A stretch of 64,000 bases of DNA from an uncultured Gemmatimonadales bacterium. GTDB lineage: Bacteria > Gemmatimonadota > Gemmatimonadetes > Gemmatimonadales > GWC2-71-9. Both the position numbers and the translations under genes were made by a program. The DNA is taken from assembly GCA_963739455.1 (NCBI GenBank), contig CAVUAK010000003.1, positions 32,001 to 96,000 of the forward strand, written 5' to 3'. Under the pieces are notes generated by a model. That model saw only the letters and a list, made by a program, of their open reading frames with translations, had not been told where the DNA came from and did no database searches. Shown piece after piece: positions 1 through 9,719 of the stretch (positions are counted from its first letter, which is position 1; the number at the start of each line of letters is the position of its first letter).

Positions 1-2
1 CC

Positions 3-725
3 CGTTTCCTCATCATCTCGAGCCAGGCGCTGGCCCTCGCCGCCCTGCTCTCGACCGCCGCCGCCGCCCAGGACGAAAAGCTCGAGGACCGCGCCAAGTC
101 CGCGGCCCACGTCCTCGCCAACCTCGTCTCCGACCCCAAGAACTCGCCGCCCAACAAGCTGCTTCGCAGCGCGGTCTGCATCGCCATCATTCCGAGCGTG
201 AAGACCGCTGCCTTCGTGGTGGGTGGCCAGATGGGATACGGTCTCGCCTCCTGCCGTGTGGGTGACGGCTGGAGCCTCCCCACGTACATCTCGCTCAAGG
301 CCGGATCCGTGGGCCTCCAGGTCGGTGGTTCCGCAACGGACGTCGCCCTCATCTTCACCCACGACGACGCGCCCCAGCTCATCGCCGGGTCCAACTTCCA
401 GATCGGTGGCCAGGCCTCCGTCGCCGCCGGTCCCGTCGGCAGCACCATCGGCGCCAACACCGACTTCAAGAAGGGCTCGGCGATCTACTCCTACTCCACC
501 AAGGGCGCTGGGCTCTTCGCCGGTGTCTCGCTCGCCGGCAGCGACGTGAGGGTGGACGACAAGGGGAACCGCACGGCGTACCCGGAGGGATCGGTGCCGG
601 TAAAGTCCGACAAGTCGCCTGACGTGGCGGCATTGCTCAAGACTCGCTCCGACGCGAAGAACACTCCGGCTATTGTGCAGCCGTTTCCTGCCGCACTCGA
701 GAAGCGCATCGGGGGCACGCGCTGA
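3..725 (+). CDS. Lipid-binding SYLF/Ysc84 domain protein (5'-partial)
   Basis: Frame is open from the window start; signal-like N-terminus; Ysc84-type motifs GSVGLQVGG, GGQASVAAGPVG and GLFAGVSLAG. Confidence 0.85.
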   Translation, partial: RFLIISSQALALAALLSTAAAAQDEKLEDRAKSAAHVLANLVSDPKNSPPNKLLRSAVCIAIIPSVKTAAFVVGGQMGYGLASCRVGDGWSLPTYISLKAGSVGLQVGGSATDVALIFTHDDAPQLIAGSNFQIGGQASVAAGPVGSTIGANTDFKKGSAIYSYSTKGAGLFAGVSLAGSDVRVDDKGNRTAYPEGSVPVKSDKSPDVAALLKTRSDAKNTPAIVQPFPAALEKRIGGTR

Positions 726-739
726 GTCTCCCGCCTGGC

Positions 740-2044
740 ATGACGCGGGCGGAGATGATGGCGACGCTCAAGCGTCCGCGCGTGCTGTGGATCTTGGTGG
801 GGTGGCGGTCGCTGCTGACCCTGACACTCGCCATATGGTTGTTTGATCCGCCGCCAAGGCGCATCCGCCTCGCCGCCGGTCCCGCTGAGAGCGCTGAGTT
901 TCACTTCGCCCAGCGCTACAGCGACATCCTGAAGCGCGAGGGCGTGCAACTCGAGTTGGTCGCCACCGAGGGCGCGCTCGACAACCTCGCGCGCCTTCAG
1001 GATCCGAAGGGCGGCGTCGATGCGGCGCTCATCGAGGGGGGCAGCACCACTGCGGAGAAATCGCCCGACCTCGTGTCGCTCGGCACCCTCTACTACCGTC
1101 CCGTCTGGCTCTTCTATCGCGGTCGCTTTCCAGTGCCCGGCGAACCCTGGCCCCCGGCGCTGCGCCTGTCGCTCGGGCCCGAGGGCGCCAATCCCGCCAG
1201 CCTCACCCGCCGCCTTCTCATCGAGTCCGGCGCTCCGTACTCCGAGGGCAACCTGCGCTACCTGGGACGTGAGGCCGCCGCCGAGTCCCTCCTCGCGGGT
1301 ACCATCGACATCGCCGGCATTGTGGCGCCGTGGGAGTCGCCCACGGTGCAGAAGCTGCTTCGGTCAGATAGCGTGCACCTTGCCGGCTATGCCCGCGCCG
1401 AGGCGCGGGTGGCATTGCACCCGGAACTGACGCGCCTCGTCCTCCCCGAGGGAGTGGTGGACCTGGCCCGCGACATTCCTTCACAGGACGTGCAGCTTGT
1501 CGCCTCCAAGATGAGCATGGCGGCGCGTCGCACGCTGCATCCCGCGCTGCAGTACCTGCTGCTCGATGCGCTCTCCGAGGTGCACGGCGCACCTGGAATT
1601 TTCGAGCATGCCGGACAGTTCCCCGCGGCGGAAGCGGGTGACCTGCCGCTCAGCAAGGCGACGCTCACCTATCACAAGTCAGGACCCCCGTTTCTCCAGC
1701 GGCACCTTCCGTTCTGGGTTGCCGCCGTCCTGACCCAGCTCGCATTGCTGCTCATCCCCATCTTCGGTATCGCATACCCGGTATTGCAGGGCGCACCCGC
1801 CCTCTATGCCGCGCTGATGCAGCATCGGGTCAGTCGCGTGTACGGGCACCTGAGGGTGCTCGAGCTCGAAATGGCAGAGGGAAAGGTCGAGGATCCTGCG
1901 GCCGTGCTCAAGGAACTTGATGCTCTGGATGTTCGTGCGCGGAAGCTCCAGGCGAGCACCGCCTACGTGTCGATGGTCTACACCCTGCGGGCGCACATCG
2001 GGTTCATCCGTGACCGTCTGGTGCGTAGTCTCGCGCAGAAGTAG
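740..2044 (+). CDS. TAXI-family TRAP solute-binding-like membrane protein
   Basis: N-terminal TM, PPPRRIRLAAGP, TEGALDNL, HPALQYLLL and PPFLQRHLPFW followed by a second TM. Confidence 0.75.
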   Translation: MTRAEMMATLKRPRVLWILVGWRSLLTLTLAIWLFDPPPRRIRLAAGPAESAEFHFAQRYSDILKREGVQLELVATEGALDNLARLQDPKGGVDAALIEGGSTTAEKSPDLVSLGTLYYRPVWLFYRGRFPVPGEPWPPALRLSLGPEGANPASLTRRLLIESGAPYSEGNLRYLGREAAAESLLAGTIDIAGIVAPWESPTVQKLLRSDSVHLAGYARAEARVALHPELTRLVLPEGVVDLARDIPSQDVQLVASKMSMAARRTLHPALQYLLLDALSEVHGAPGIFEHAGQFPAAEAGDLPLSKATLTYHKSGPPFLQRHLPFWVAAVLTQLALLLIPIFGIAYPVLQGAPALYAALMQHRVSRVYGHLRVLELEMAEGKVEDPAAVLKELDALDVRARKLQASTAYVSMVYTLRAHIGFIRDRLVRSLAQK

Positions 2045-2053
2045 GAGGCGGTC

Positions 2054-2740
2054 ATGCATCGTGAACGCCACCGGAGTGAACACATCGGTTGGTTGCGCGC
2101 GGCGGTGCTCGGCGCCAATGACGGCCTGATCTCCACCAGCAGCCTTGTCGTGGGGGTGGCGTCGGCCGAACCGACCCGCGCCGCCGTGCTGCTGGCGGCA
2201 GTCGCGGGACTCGCCGCTGGCGCCTTGTCCATGGCCGCCGGCGAGTACGTCTCCGTCAGTTCACAGTCCGACACCGAGCAGGCCGACCTCGCGCGCGAGC
2301 GCGGCGAGCTTGCTGAATCTCCTGGAGCCGAACGCGATGAGCTGGCCGGGATCTACGTGAAGCGGGGCCTGACACCGGCGCTGGCAGGGCAGGTGGCAGA
2401 CCAGCTGATGGCCGGTGATGCCCTTGCCGCGCACGCACGCGATGAACTCGGCATTAACGAGATCACCCGCGCCCGGCCGGTGCAGGCGGCACTCGCGTCC
2501 GCCGCGTCATTCGCCGTGGGTGCCGCACCACCGGTCATCCTCGCGGCGCTGCTGCCGGAGCGCTATCTCACGCCTGGCATCGTCGGCGTTACTGTTGTGC
2601 TGTTGCTCCTGCTCGGTGGTGTCGCGGCCCGGATCGGCGGTGCACCCATTGGCGGGGGCGCTTTTCGCGTTGCATTCTGGGGTGCGGTTGCCATGGGGTG
2701 CACCGCGCTGGTTGGCCGCCTCTTCGGCGCCATCGCCTGA
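2054..2740 (+). CDS. VIT1/CCC1 family Fe/Mn transporter
   Basis: WLRAAVLGANDGL and SMAAGEYVSVSSQ motifs. Confidence 0.92.
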   Translation: MHRERHRSEHIGWLRAAVLGANDGLISTSSLVVGVASAEPTRAAVLLAAVAGLAAGALSMAAGEYVSVSSQSDTEQADLARERGELAESPGAERDELAGIYVKRGLTPALAGQVADQLMAGDALAAHARDELGINEITRARPVQAALASAASFAVGAAPPVILAALLPERYLTPGIVGVTVVLLLLLGGVAARIGGAPIGGGAFRVAFWGAVAMGCTALVGRLFGAIA

Positions 2741-2778
2741 CATCACGTTCCCTATTCCCTGTTCCCTGTGGTGCCACC

Positions 2779-3084
2779 ATGTGCCGGAACATCAAGACCC
2801 TGTTCAATTTCGAGCCGCCCGTCACGGATGACGAGATCCGTGCATCGGCGCTCCAGTTTGTTCGCAAGCTGAGCGGCTTCACCAAGCCGGCGAAGGCCAA
2901 CGAGGCCGCCTTCAACCTCGCCGTGGAAGAAACGGCCGCCGTTGCCCGGAAGCTCATGGAGTCGCTCGTCACCAACGCGCCGCCGCGCGATCGCGAAGTC
3001 GAGGCAGCCCGCCTGCGCCAGCGCTCGCTCGAGCGCTACGGCAAGGCGCCCAAGGCAATCCAACCCACAGGAGCGCGCCGCTGA
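2779..3084 (+). CDS. DUF2277 family protein
   Basis: MCRNIKTLFNFEPP...ASALQFVRKLSG signature. Confidence 0.85.
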   Translation: MCRNIKTLFNFEPPVTDDEIRASALQFVRKLSGFTKPAKANEAAFNLAVEETAAVARKLMESLVTNAPPRDREVEAARLRQRSLERYGKAPKAIQPTGARR

Positions 3085-3599
3085 TGAACACCGTCACCAT
3101 CGTCCTGCGACTGCTGCACATCGTCTTTGGCGCCCTGTGGGTTGGCATCGCCGTCTTCGTGCCCTTCTTTCTCGTGCCGTCCATGAACGACGCCGGTCCC
3201 GCCGCGGGCCCCGTCATGGGCGCCCTGCAGCGCCGCGGGATATCGCAGGTCATTGCGGCGTTTGCCGGCACCACGATCCTCGCTGGTGTCCTGCTCCTGT
3301 GGCGCGTCTCCGGTGGGTTCCGGCCCGAGTACATGGGCTCGCACATGGGAATCGCCCTGAGCACCGGCGCCCTCGCGTCGCTGATCGCGTTTGGATTCGG
3401 CATGGCGGTGGTGAAGCCTGCCATGGAGCGCGCCGGCACGCTCAGTCAGGGCCTGGCGGCGCTGGCCTCGGACAGTGAACGTGCCGCACAGGTGGCCACG
3501 ATCAATGCGCTCCGTGCCAAGGGTGCGGCCGGCGGCAAGCTCGTCGCCTGGCTTCTCCTGGTGGCAATTGCCGCGATGGCCGTCGCCCGGTACGTATAG
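3084..3599 (+). CDS. Hypothetical 4-TM membrane protein
   Basis: LRLLHIVFGALWVG and four hydrophobic segments; coupled to the upstream gene (TGATG). Confidence 0.7.
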   Translation: MNTVTIVLRLLHIVFGALWVGIAVFVPFFLVPSMNDAGPAAGPVMGALQRRGISQVIAAFAGTTILAGVLLLWRVSGGFRPEYMGSHMGIALSTGALASLIAFGFGMAVVKPAMERAGTLSQGLAALASDSERAAQVATINALRAKGAAGGKLVAWLLLVAIAAMAVARYV

Positions 3600-3655
3600 G
3601 ACGTGAGGACGTGAGGACGTGAAGGAAGAGCCGCGCCCGCTATATCGCTCATCGC

Positions 3656-3692
3656 GGCACGTGTGCCGCGGAGCCACCCCAGAGCCGCGCCC
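3656..3692 (+). repeat. 37-bp direct repeat, copy 1 (upstream of porin paralog 1)
   Basis: ggcacgtgtgccgcggagccaccccagagccgcgccc is identical to 4497-4533. Confidence 0.9.
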
Positions 3693-3778
3693 GACAACTC
3701 CGCGCTTGGGAGTCACGCTCAGGTCACGCGCTCGCCCTAGTCTCCATCTGGGTCCCCGAACTACCCAGTGGAGGAATC

Positions 3779-4426
3779 ATGCAAGCCATCCGTTCGTTCG
3801 GCGCCACCGCACTCATCCTCGCGTCCCTCGCCGGGTCGGCACACGCTCAACAGCCCAGGATCGTCGTCGGCCCCATGGTCGGCGTCGCCTTCTCGACCTT
3901 CACCGGCGATGATGTGGGCGACGTGCTGGATGTCGGCTACCGCACCGGCTTCGTGGCCGGCGGGTTCGTCTCCTTCAATGCGAATACCCACCTCGCCATC
4001 GAGCCGCAGCTGCTCTACGTGCAGAAGGGTGCCCGTTTCAGCGCCGGAGACGCATGGGCCGACTACGAGCTCGACTACATCCAGCTGCCGTTCCTGGTGA
4101 AGGGGCGCTACTGGTTTGGGCCCGCCGGCCAGCCGTTCACCCTCAATGGCTTTGCCGGCCCCGCGATCGCGTTCAATGTGCACTGCGGATTCTCGTCCAA
4201 TGATTTCAGCTCGCCCTGCAGCCCCGACGGCTCCGACTTTCTGAAGGCGAAGACGGTAGATCTCTCGGTCCTGGTAGGAGTCGGTGTGGAGTACTTCGGC
4301 TTTTCGTTCCAGGCCCGGTACGACATGAGCATGACCAATGCCTATGCGAGCACTCCCAGCGGCGAGCCCGACGCCAAGAGCCGCTCCTGGATCCTGACCT
4401 TGGGCTACAAGATTCCCGTGCGTTGA
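3779..4426 (+). CDS. Outer-membrane beta-barrel (porin/PorT-like) protein
   Basis: Signal peptide, RTGFVAGG, EPQLLYVQKGA, LDYIQLP and a C-terminal aromatic beta-signal (LTLGYKIP). Confidence 0.8.
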   Translation: MQAIRSFGATALILASLAGSAHAQQPRIVVGPMVGVAFSTFTGDDVGDVLDVGYRTGFVAGGFVSFNANTHLAIEPQLLYVQKGARFSAGDAWADYELDYIQLPFLVKGRYWFGPAGQPFTLNGFAGPAIAFNVHCGFSSNDFSSPCSPDGSDFLKAKTVDLSVLVGVGVEYFGFSFQARYDMSMTNAYASTPSGEPDAKSRSWILTLGYKIPVR

Positions 4427-4496
4427 AATCGCAATCGAACTTGCCTGCACACACCTCTGATGGTTGAACTATTTTGATTCGGACCTCGCCGCGCCT

Positions 4497-4533
4497 GGCA
4501 CGTGTGCCGCGGAGCCACCCCAGAGCCGCGCCC
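4497..4533 (+). repeat. 37-bp direct repeat, copy 2 (upstream of porin paralog 2)
   Basis: Identical to 3656-3692. Confidence 0.9.
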
Positions 4534-4594
4534 TACGCGTGCCTTGCGCGCCCTGCGTGCCTTACGCGCCTTATGCGCCTTACGTGGTGAATTC

Positions 4595-5272
4595 ATGCTG
4601 ACCAGCCGACCACTGTTCGCCGCCCTTCTCGCCGTGGCCACGCTCACTACCACCGCGACCGCCCAGCGCTCCCGACCCGCGCCGGGCCCCAGCATCGTCG
4701 TCGGCCCCATGCTGGGCGTTTCGTTCTCCTCGCTCAGCACTTCCGACGAAGCCGTCGGCATCGATATCCGCCACCGCACCGGGTTCGTCGCCGGCGGCTT
4801 TGTCACCTTCAACGCCAGCAGCCACGTCGCCGTCGAGCCCCAGCTCCTCTACATCCAGAAGGGCGCCACCGCCGTCACCACCAGCTCAGGATTCAATTCC
4901 AGGACGTATGCCCTGGACTACATCCAGGTGCCGGTCCTCCTCAAGGGCCGCTACTGGTTCGGCGACCCGGCCAAGGGCCTCACCATCGACCCCTTCATTG
5001 GCCCCGCCATTGCCTTCAACGTGCACTGCGCCATCGAGGTGCTCGGCGTTACCTCGTCGTGCAGCGCCCTGGGTGTCAACGCATCGTCTGTCGACGTCTC
5101 CGGCATCTTCGGCATCGGCGCCGAGTTTGCCGGCCTCTCGCTCCAGGGTCGCTACGACGTCAGCTTCACCGATGCCTACGACACCCCCACCTCGCCCGGC
5201 GCGCCGGCGCAGAACAAGGCCAAGAACCTCGCCTGGGTCATTACGCTCGGGTACAAGTTTCCCCTGCGCTGA
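4595..5272 (+). CDS. Outer-membrane beta-barrel protein, tandem paralog of 3779-4426
   Basis: Shares IVVGPM, RTGFVAGGFV, EPQLLY, LVKGRYWFG/LLKGRYWFG, GPAIAFNVHC and TLGYK. Confidence 0.82.
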   Translation: MLTSRPLFAALLAVATLTTTATAQRSRPAPGPSIVVGPMLGVSFSSLSTSDEAVGIDIRHRTGFVAGGFVTFNASSHVAVEPQLLYIQKGATAVTTSSGFNSRTYALDYIQVPVLLKGRYWFGDPAKGLTIDPFIGPAIAFNVHCAIEVLGVTSSCSALGVNASSVDVSGIFGIGAEFAGLSLQGRYDVSFTDAYDTPTSPGAPAQNKAKNLAWVITLGYKFPLR

Positions 5273-5280
5273 CGAAGGCG

Positions 5281-5931
5281 TTACCCCGCCTTGAGCACGG
5301 CCGGCACCTCGGGCCGTGCGATCTCCGGGGCTTCGCGATCGGAGTCCACGTCCAGGGTGTGCAGCAGGCCATCGCCGATGTTGTAGACCCAGCCCCAGAG
5401 ATGCAGGTCCTGCCCCCGCTGCCGCGCCGCCTGCACCACGGACGTCATCCCCAGGTTCTGCACCTGCTCGATGACGTTGAGCTCCACCAGGCGGCGCGCC
5501 TGCGCCTCATGGTCCAGCGCCGCGAATTCAGCCCGGTGACGGTGGCGAAGCTGCCGGATGTGCCCCAGCCACTGGTCCACCAGCTCATGCTCCCCGTCGG
5601 GCAACTCCAGCGCTGCCTTCACGCCGCCGCACCCGTAGTGCCCGCACACCACCACGTGCGGTACCCGGAGCACGTCCACCGCGTACTGCAGCACCGCCAG
5701 CATGTTGAGGTCCGACGGGATCGCCTGGTTGGCGACGTTCCGGTGCACGAACATCTCCCCGCCGACGGTCCCCGTGATCACGTTCGCGGGCACCCGGCTG
5801 TCGGAGCACCCGATGAACAGGAAGTTGGGCGACTGCCCCCGCAGCATCCGCTGGAAGAATTCCGGGTCCTGCCGCGTGCTCTCGCGCACCCAGGCGCGGT
5901 TGTTCTCGAAGATGCGCTTGATCATGTCCAT
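5281..5931 (-). CDS. can: Beta-class carbonic anhydrase
   Basis: GCSDSR and HYGCGG zinc ligands, HRNVAN. Confidence 0.95.
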   Translation of the reverse strand: MDMIKRIFENNRAWVRESTRQDPEFFQRMLRGQSPNFLFIGCSDSRVPANVITGTVGGEMFVHRNVANQAIPSDLNMLAVLQYAVDVLRVPHVVVCGHYGCGGVKAALELPDGEHELVDQWLGHIRQLRHRHRAEFAALDHEAQARRLVELNVIEQVQNLGMTSVVQAARQRGQDLHLWGWVYNIGDGLLHTLDVDSDREAPEIARPEVPAVLKAG

Positions 5932-5941
5932 GGTTTCTCTC

Positions 5942-7579
5942 CTAGTGGGCAGCCGGCGCGCTGATGCACGGCGGGATGCCGATGAGTGTCAGGGAGACGT
6001 TCTTGAGCTTCGCCGTCTCGGTGAAGTTGTGGATGATTTCCAGCACGTCGTAGTCGATGTAGCTCGCCTGCGTGCCGTCGATCTCCAGCGTACTGCCGGC
6101 CGGGATCGAGTTGAGGGTGTGCACGATGCTCGCCTTGTTGAGGAAGGACGTCTCCTCCGCGAGCACGAGCCGCAGCGTCTTGCTGTAGTGGAAGTTCTCT
6201 TCCTGCAGGTGATACGCCGTCTGGAAGTTGTTGCGCAGCACGAAGAAGATGCCGGCCGCCAGCCCCACCATGATCCCGATCAGGAGGTCGGTCGCGAGGA
6301 TTGCGACAATGGTGACACTGAACGGGATGAAGTGGTCCAGCCCGATCCGCCACGCCGTGCGGAGCTGCCGCGGGTGGGCCAGCTTGAAGCCGGTGTAGAT
6401 CAGGATCGCGGCCAGCGCGGAAAGCGGGATCCGGTTGAGCAGCGCCGGGATCGTGGCCACCGCCACCAGCAGCAGCACGCCGTGCGAGAATGCGGAGAAG
6501 CGCGTGCGCCCCCCCGCATCGATGTTGGCAGAGCTGCGTACGATGACGCCGGTGATCGGCAGCCCGCCCACGAGCCCCGCCAGGATGTTGCCGACGCCCT
6601 GCGCCACCAGTTCGCGATTGGCCGGTGCCTCCCGCTTGTACGGGTCGAGCTTGTCCGTCGCCTCGAGACTGAGCAGCGTCTCCAGGCTGGCCACCAGGGC
6701 GATGGTGATCGCCACGGTCCACACCGCCTTGCTCGACAGCACCGACCAGTCGGGAAACGAGAGCGCCCCGAACAGTTCGCGAGGTCCGCCGCTGGTGAAC
6801 GGCAGCGTCACCAGCTGGTCGGGGTTGAGTGCCAGCGGTGAGCCGGTGGCGCGCAGCAGCTCGTTCACCGCCGTGCCGAAGAGCACCACCGCGAGGGGGC
6901 CCGGCAGCGCCTTCAGCTTCTTGAGCCGTGTCTTGTCCCACAGCGCGAGCAGCCCGATGGACGCCACCGAGATGAACAGCACCGCCGGCGTCAGCGCGGC
7001 GAGTGCCGATCGGACCACCCCGAAGGGCACCCCCTCCTCACCTTCACTGAACGCCGAGGCCGTCGCCGTCTGGCCCAGCGCGTACGGCAGTTGCTTCATG
7101 ATGAGGATGATCCCGATCGCCGCGAGCATCCCCTTGATCACCGACGTCGGGAAGAAGTACCCGATGATGCCGGCACGGATCGCACCCAGGCCGAGCTGCA
7201 GCACGCCCGCCACCACCACCGCCACGAGGAATGCCTCCCACGATCCCAGCGTGGCGAGTGCCGATGCCACGATCGCGGTGAGGCCGGCCGCGGGTCCGCT
7301 CACCATCAGTTGTGAACCGCTGATCAGCGCCACGACCAGGCCGCCGATGATCCCCGAGATGAGCCCTGACGCGAGCGGCGCCCCGGAGGCGAGCGCCACG
7401 CCGAGGCACAGCGGCAGCGCCACCAGGAACACCACCAGTCCCGCAGCCAGGTCGGCCTTCCAGGTGGTGGCGAATCGTTCGTCCATCTGCGGCTGGATGC
7501 GCACCCGGGGCGCAGCAGCCGCCGAAGGAACTATGTCCCGGGGTGGTCGCACCGGCCGGGGTTGTGAGGTCGTCGTCAT
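5942..7579 (-). CDS. SulP/SLC26 anion (probably bicarbonate) transporter with C-terminal STAS-like domain
   Basis: DLAAGLVVFLVALPLCLGVALASG, SGPAAG and GVIVRSSAN; co-oriented with carbonic anhydrase; start position approximate. Confidence 0.92.
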   Translation of the reverse strand: MTTTSQPRPVRPPRDIVPSAAAAPRVRIQPQMDERFATTWKADLAAGLVVFLVALPLCLGVALASGAPLASGLISGIIGGLVVALISGSQLMVSGPAAGLTAIVASALATLGSWEAFLVAVVVAGVLQLGLGAIRAGIIGYFFPTSVIKGMLAAIGIILIMKQLPYALGQTATASAFSEGEEGVPFGVVRSALAALTPAVLFISVASIGLLALWDKTRLKKLKALPGPLAVVLFGTAVNELLRATGSPLALNPDQLVTLPFTSGGPRELFGALSFPDWSVLSSKAVWTVAITIALVASLETLLSLEATDKLDPYKREAPANRELVAQGVGNILAGLVGGLPITGVIVRSSANIDAGGRTRFSAFSHGVLLLVAVATIPALLNRIPLSALAAILIYTGFKLAHPRQLRTAWRIGLDHFIPFSVTIVAILATDLLIGIMVGLAAGIFFVLRNNFQTAYHLQEENFHYSKTLRLVLAEETSFLNKASIVHTLNSIPAGSTLEIDGTQASYIDYDVLEIIHNFTETAKLKNVSLTLIGIPPCISAPAAH

Positions 7580-7719
7580 GCAATGGTGCTCCCCGGCCTT
7601 CGAGCCGCGGTGATGGCCAGATGGCCAATGGAAGCCGGGGCATGGCAAGCGCCACGCACCGGTCGCCCCGCGCCTCTCGGCAACGGGAACGAGGTACTGC
7701 TCAGGTTGTGGTGGAGGGT

Positions 7720-8088
7720 CTAGCTGATCGGTGGCGGACGCGGCGCCCGCGTGCAGTGGCCGCATTCACTGGGAAGCGAGACCACCGCGCTGCTGCCGCG
7801 GATGAAGAAGACGACCGGTGCACTGACGGCGCCGGCCGGAACTGGGGCCGGCAACACACCTGAACCGGACGAGGTAGATGGGCGCCGCGTCCGTGCAGCC
7901 TTTTCCAGTGGGGCCCTGAGGGTGCGCTCGCTGGCTACCCGGATTTCGCTGGCATGACGAGCACCGGGAGCAAGTGCACTGGCGACAGGTACGCCAGCGA
8001 CCTGCTCCAGCGGCAGCACATGACCATGTGCTGCGCCGAGGAGCGCGGCGAGTGCCGCGCCAAGGAAGCCGTGTATCAGCCGACGCAT
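7720..8088 (-). CDS. Small signal-peptide protein ending CGHC...RAPRPPP (DUF2946/RAPP-like leader candidate)
   Basis: Hydrophobic N-terminus, CxxC and a C-terminal RxPP motif; lies upstream of the SulP-CA pair. Confidence 0.5.
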   Translation of the reverse strand: MRRLIHGFLGAALAALLGAAHGHVLPLEQVAGVPVASALAPGARHASEIRVASERTLRAPLEKAARTRRPSTSSGSGVLPAPVPAGAVSAPVVFFIRGSSAVVSLPSECGHCTRAPRPPPIS

Positions 8089-8147
8089 CGGGAACCGGAG
8101 CTCATGGAGACAGTATAAACAGCCCCGCCCGTTCTGCCCAAGGCCTG

Positions 8148-9107
8148 TTACCGGACAGGTACGCCCGCCCCACGCTGCTGGAAGAACCGGATGCTCCGGT
8201 TCATCGCCTCCGGCACCGATGATTCATGTCCTCCCTCCACCTGCTCCGCGTTGACGTCCAGTCCCTTGGCGCGCGCCAGCTCCAACAGCGCGCGCGTCGT
8301 CAGGTCCCAGTGCAGTTCCCGCGTCCCGTAATACAACCGCGTGGGTGACTTGAGGCTCGTGGGGTATGCCAGCGGGGAGCGCATCTGGAACTCCCGCGCG
8401 TCGGTCGTGTCGAAGGGAATGATCGACTGCGGAATACCCAGGCGCGCATAGATCACCTGGTCCGGCGACGCCGAGAACGAGGCGATCGCGCGGAATCGCG
8501 ATGTCGTCATCCCGGCGAGCAGTGCCATGGTGCCACCCACGCTGTGCCCCGCCAGGAAAATTCGCTGCGGATCGACGCCGGGCTGTGTCGCGAGGAATTC
8601 CGCCGCGGCGAGCACGTCGGTCACTTCGTCGTAGAACAGCGTGAAGTCGCCGGGGAGGCCATTCTCGCCCCTGAGCATCGGCGTCATCACGATGAATCCT
8701 GCCGCACGATATGGCCACGTCATCTCCCAGTCTTCCGGGCCGAACGCAAACCCGCCATGCAGGAACAGCACCGCAGGTCGCGCACCCGCTGCGGCGACTG
8801 GTTTCGATATCCACGCGCGCAGGGTGCCCGCGCCCGAGGGAAACGCGACGCTATCGGCGCTGGCGTTCAACTCCAGCGTCGGTGGCTTCTGCGGAGCCGG
8901 CCCGCGCTTCACGAGGTGAGTCGTGAACTTTGCGCGCGCCGTCGCATAGTCGCCGCTCTGTGTCTGGACCTCGGGCGGCACCCGTGGGTCCTCCTTGGGT
9001 GCGGCCTGCGCCGCAAGGATGCCACTGCCGGCGAGTGTCATGCAGAGGCTCATGCAACTGAGGGAAAGTCGGGAAACCACCTGGCGCTCCGTCGTGAAGG
9101 TGAACAT
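8148..9107 (-). CDS. Secreted alpha/beta hydrolase (S9 peptidase-like)
   Basis: FLHGGF, GHSVGG nucleophile elbow and C-terminal GGH. Confidence 0.85.
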   Translation of the reverse strand: MFTFTTERQVVSRLSLSCMSLCMTLAGSGILAAQAAPKEDPRVPPEVQTQSGDYATARAKFTTHLVKRGPAPQKPPTLELNASADSVAFPSGAGTLRAWISKPVAAAGARPAVLFLHGGFAFGPEDWEMTWPYRAAGFIVMTPMLRGENGLPGDFTLFYDEVTDVLAAAEFLATQPGVDPQRIFLAGHSVGGTMALLAGMTTSRFRAIASFSASPDQVIYARLGIPQSIIPFDTTDAREFQMRSPLAYPTSLKSPTRLYYGTRELHWDLTTRALLELARAKGLDVNAEQVEGGHESSVPEAMNRSIRFFQQRGAGVPVR

Positions 9108-9140
9108 TCACGACCATGATGCCCCGACCCGCTGCGTCGT

Positions 9141-9719
9141 TTACCGCGCGCAGTGCATCGGCGGCGGCCCCAGCTTCCCGTCAATCAGCGCGATGGCGAT
9201 CTCCGCCTGCGCCACTTCATCCCGCGCGCCACGCAGCGTCACCGAAGGCACACCCGGGCTTCCCGCCCTGGCCTCGCTGCCGCGCGACCGGAGATGCGGT
9301 GTCGCCACCTCCGCCGCCGCTTCCGGGGACACACACTGCAGCAACACCGTCGTTGTGTAGGGCGCGTCCGGAAACCCGAGTGCAGCCCTGATGGGCGCGG
9401 TCCGCTCCGACGTCGCCACCACCCAGGCGGCGATGGCGACGGCGCACACAGCAACCCAGCGGCCGCGCCATTGCCGCGATCGTCGTTCGCGCCACGCTGT
9501 CGCCCGGGCCATCGTCGTCTCCGCCAGTGCCATCGGTTCGGAGAGCGGTGACCACCCATCGAACAGCTCCGCCGTCGCGGTCGTCGCCGTCCTCACCGCT
9601 GCGACGTCTTCGGCGCAACGGGGGCAGCCCTTCACGTGGTCCGCGATCGTCGCGTCGGATTCAAGCGCGCCGGGTTCGCGCATCAGCACCGCGGCGCGCA
9701 CCTCCTGGCAGGAGCTCAT
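9141..9719 (-). CDS. Putative zinc-binding anti-sigma factor
   Basis: HxxxCxxC (HVKGCPRC), single TM, overlaps the ECF sigma stop codon. Confidence 0.7.
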   Translation of the reverse strand: MSSCQEVRAAVLMREPGALESDATIADHVKGCPRCAEDVAAVRTATTATAELFDGWSPLSEPMALAETTMARATAWRERRSRQWRGRWVAVCAVAIAAWVVATSERTAPIRAALGFPDAPYTTTVLLQCVSPEAAAEVATPHLRSRGSEARAGSPGVPSVTLRGARDEVAQAEIAIALIDGKLGPPPMHCAR

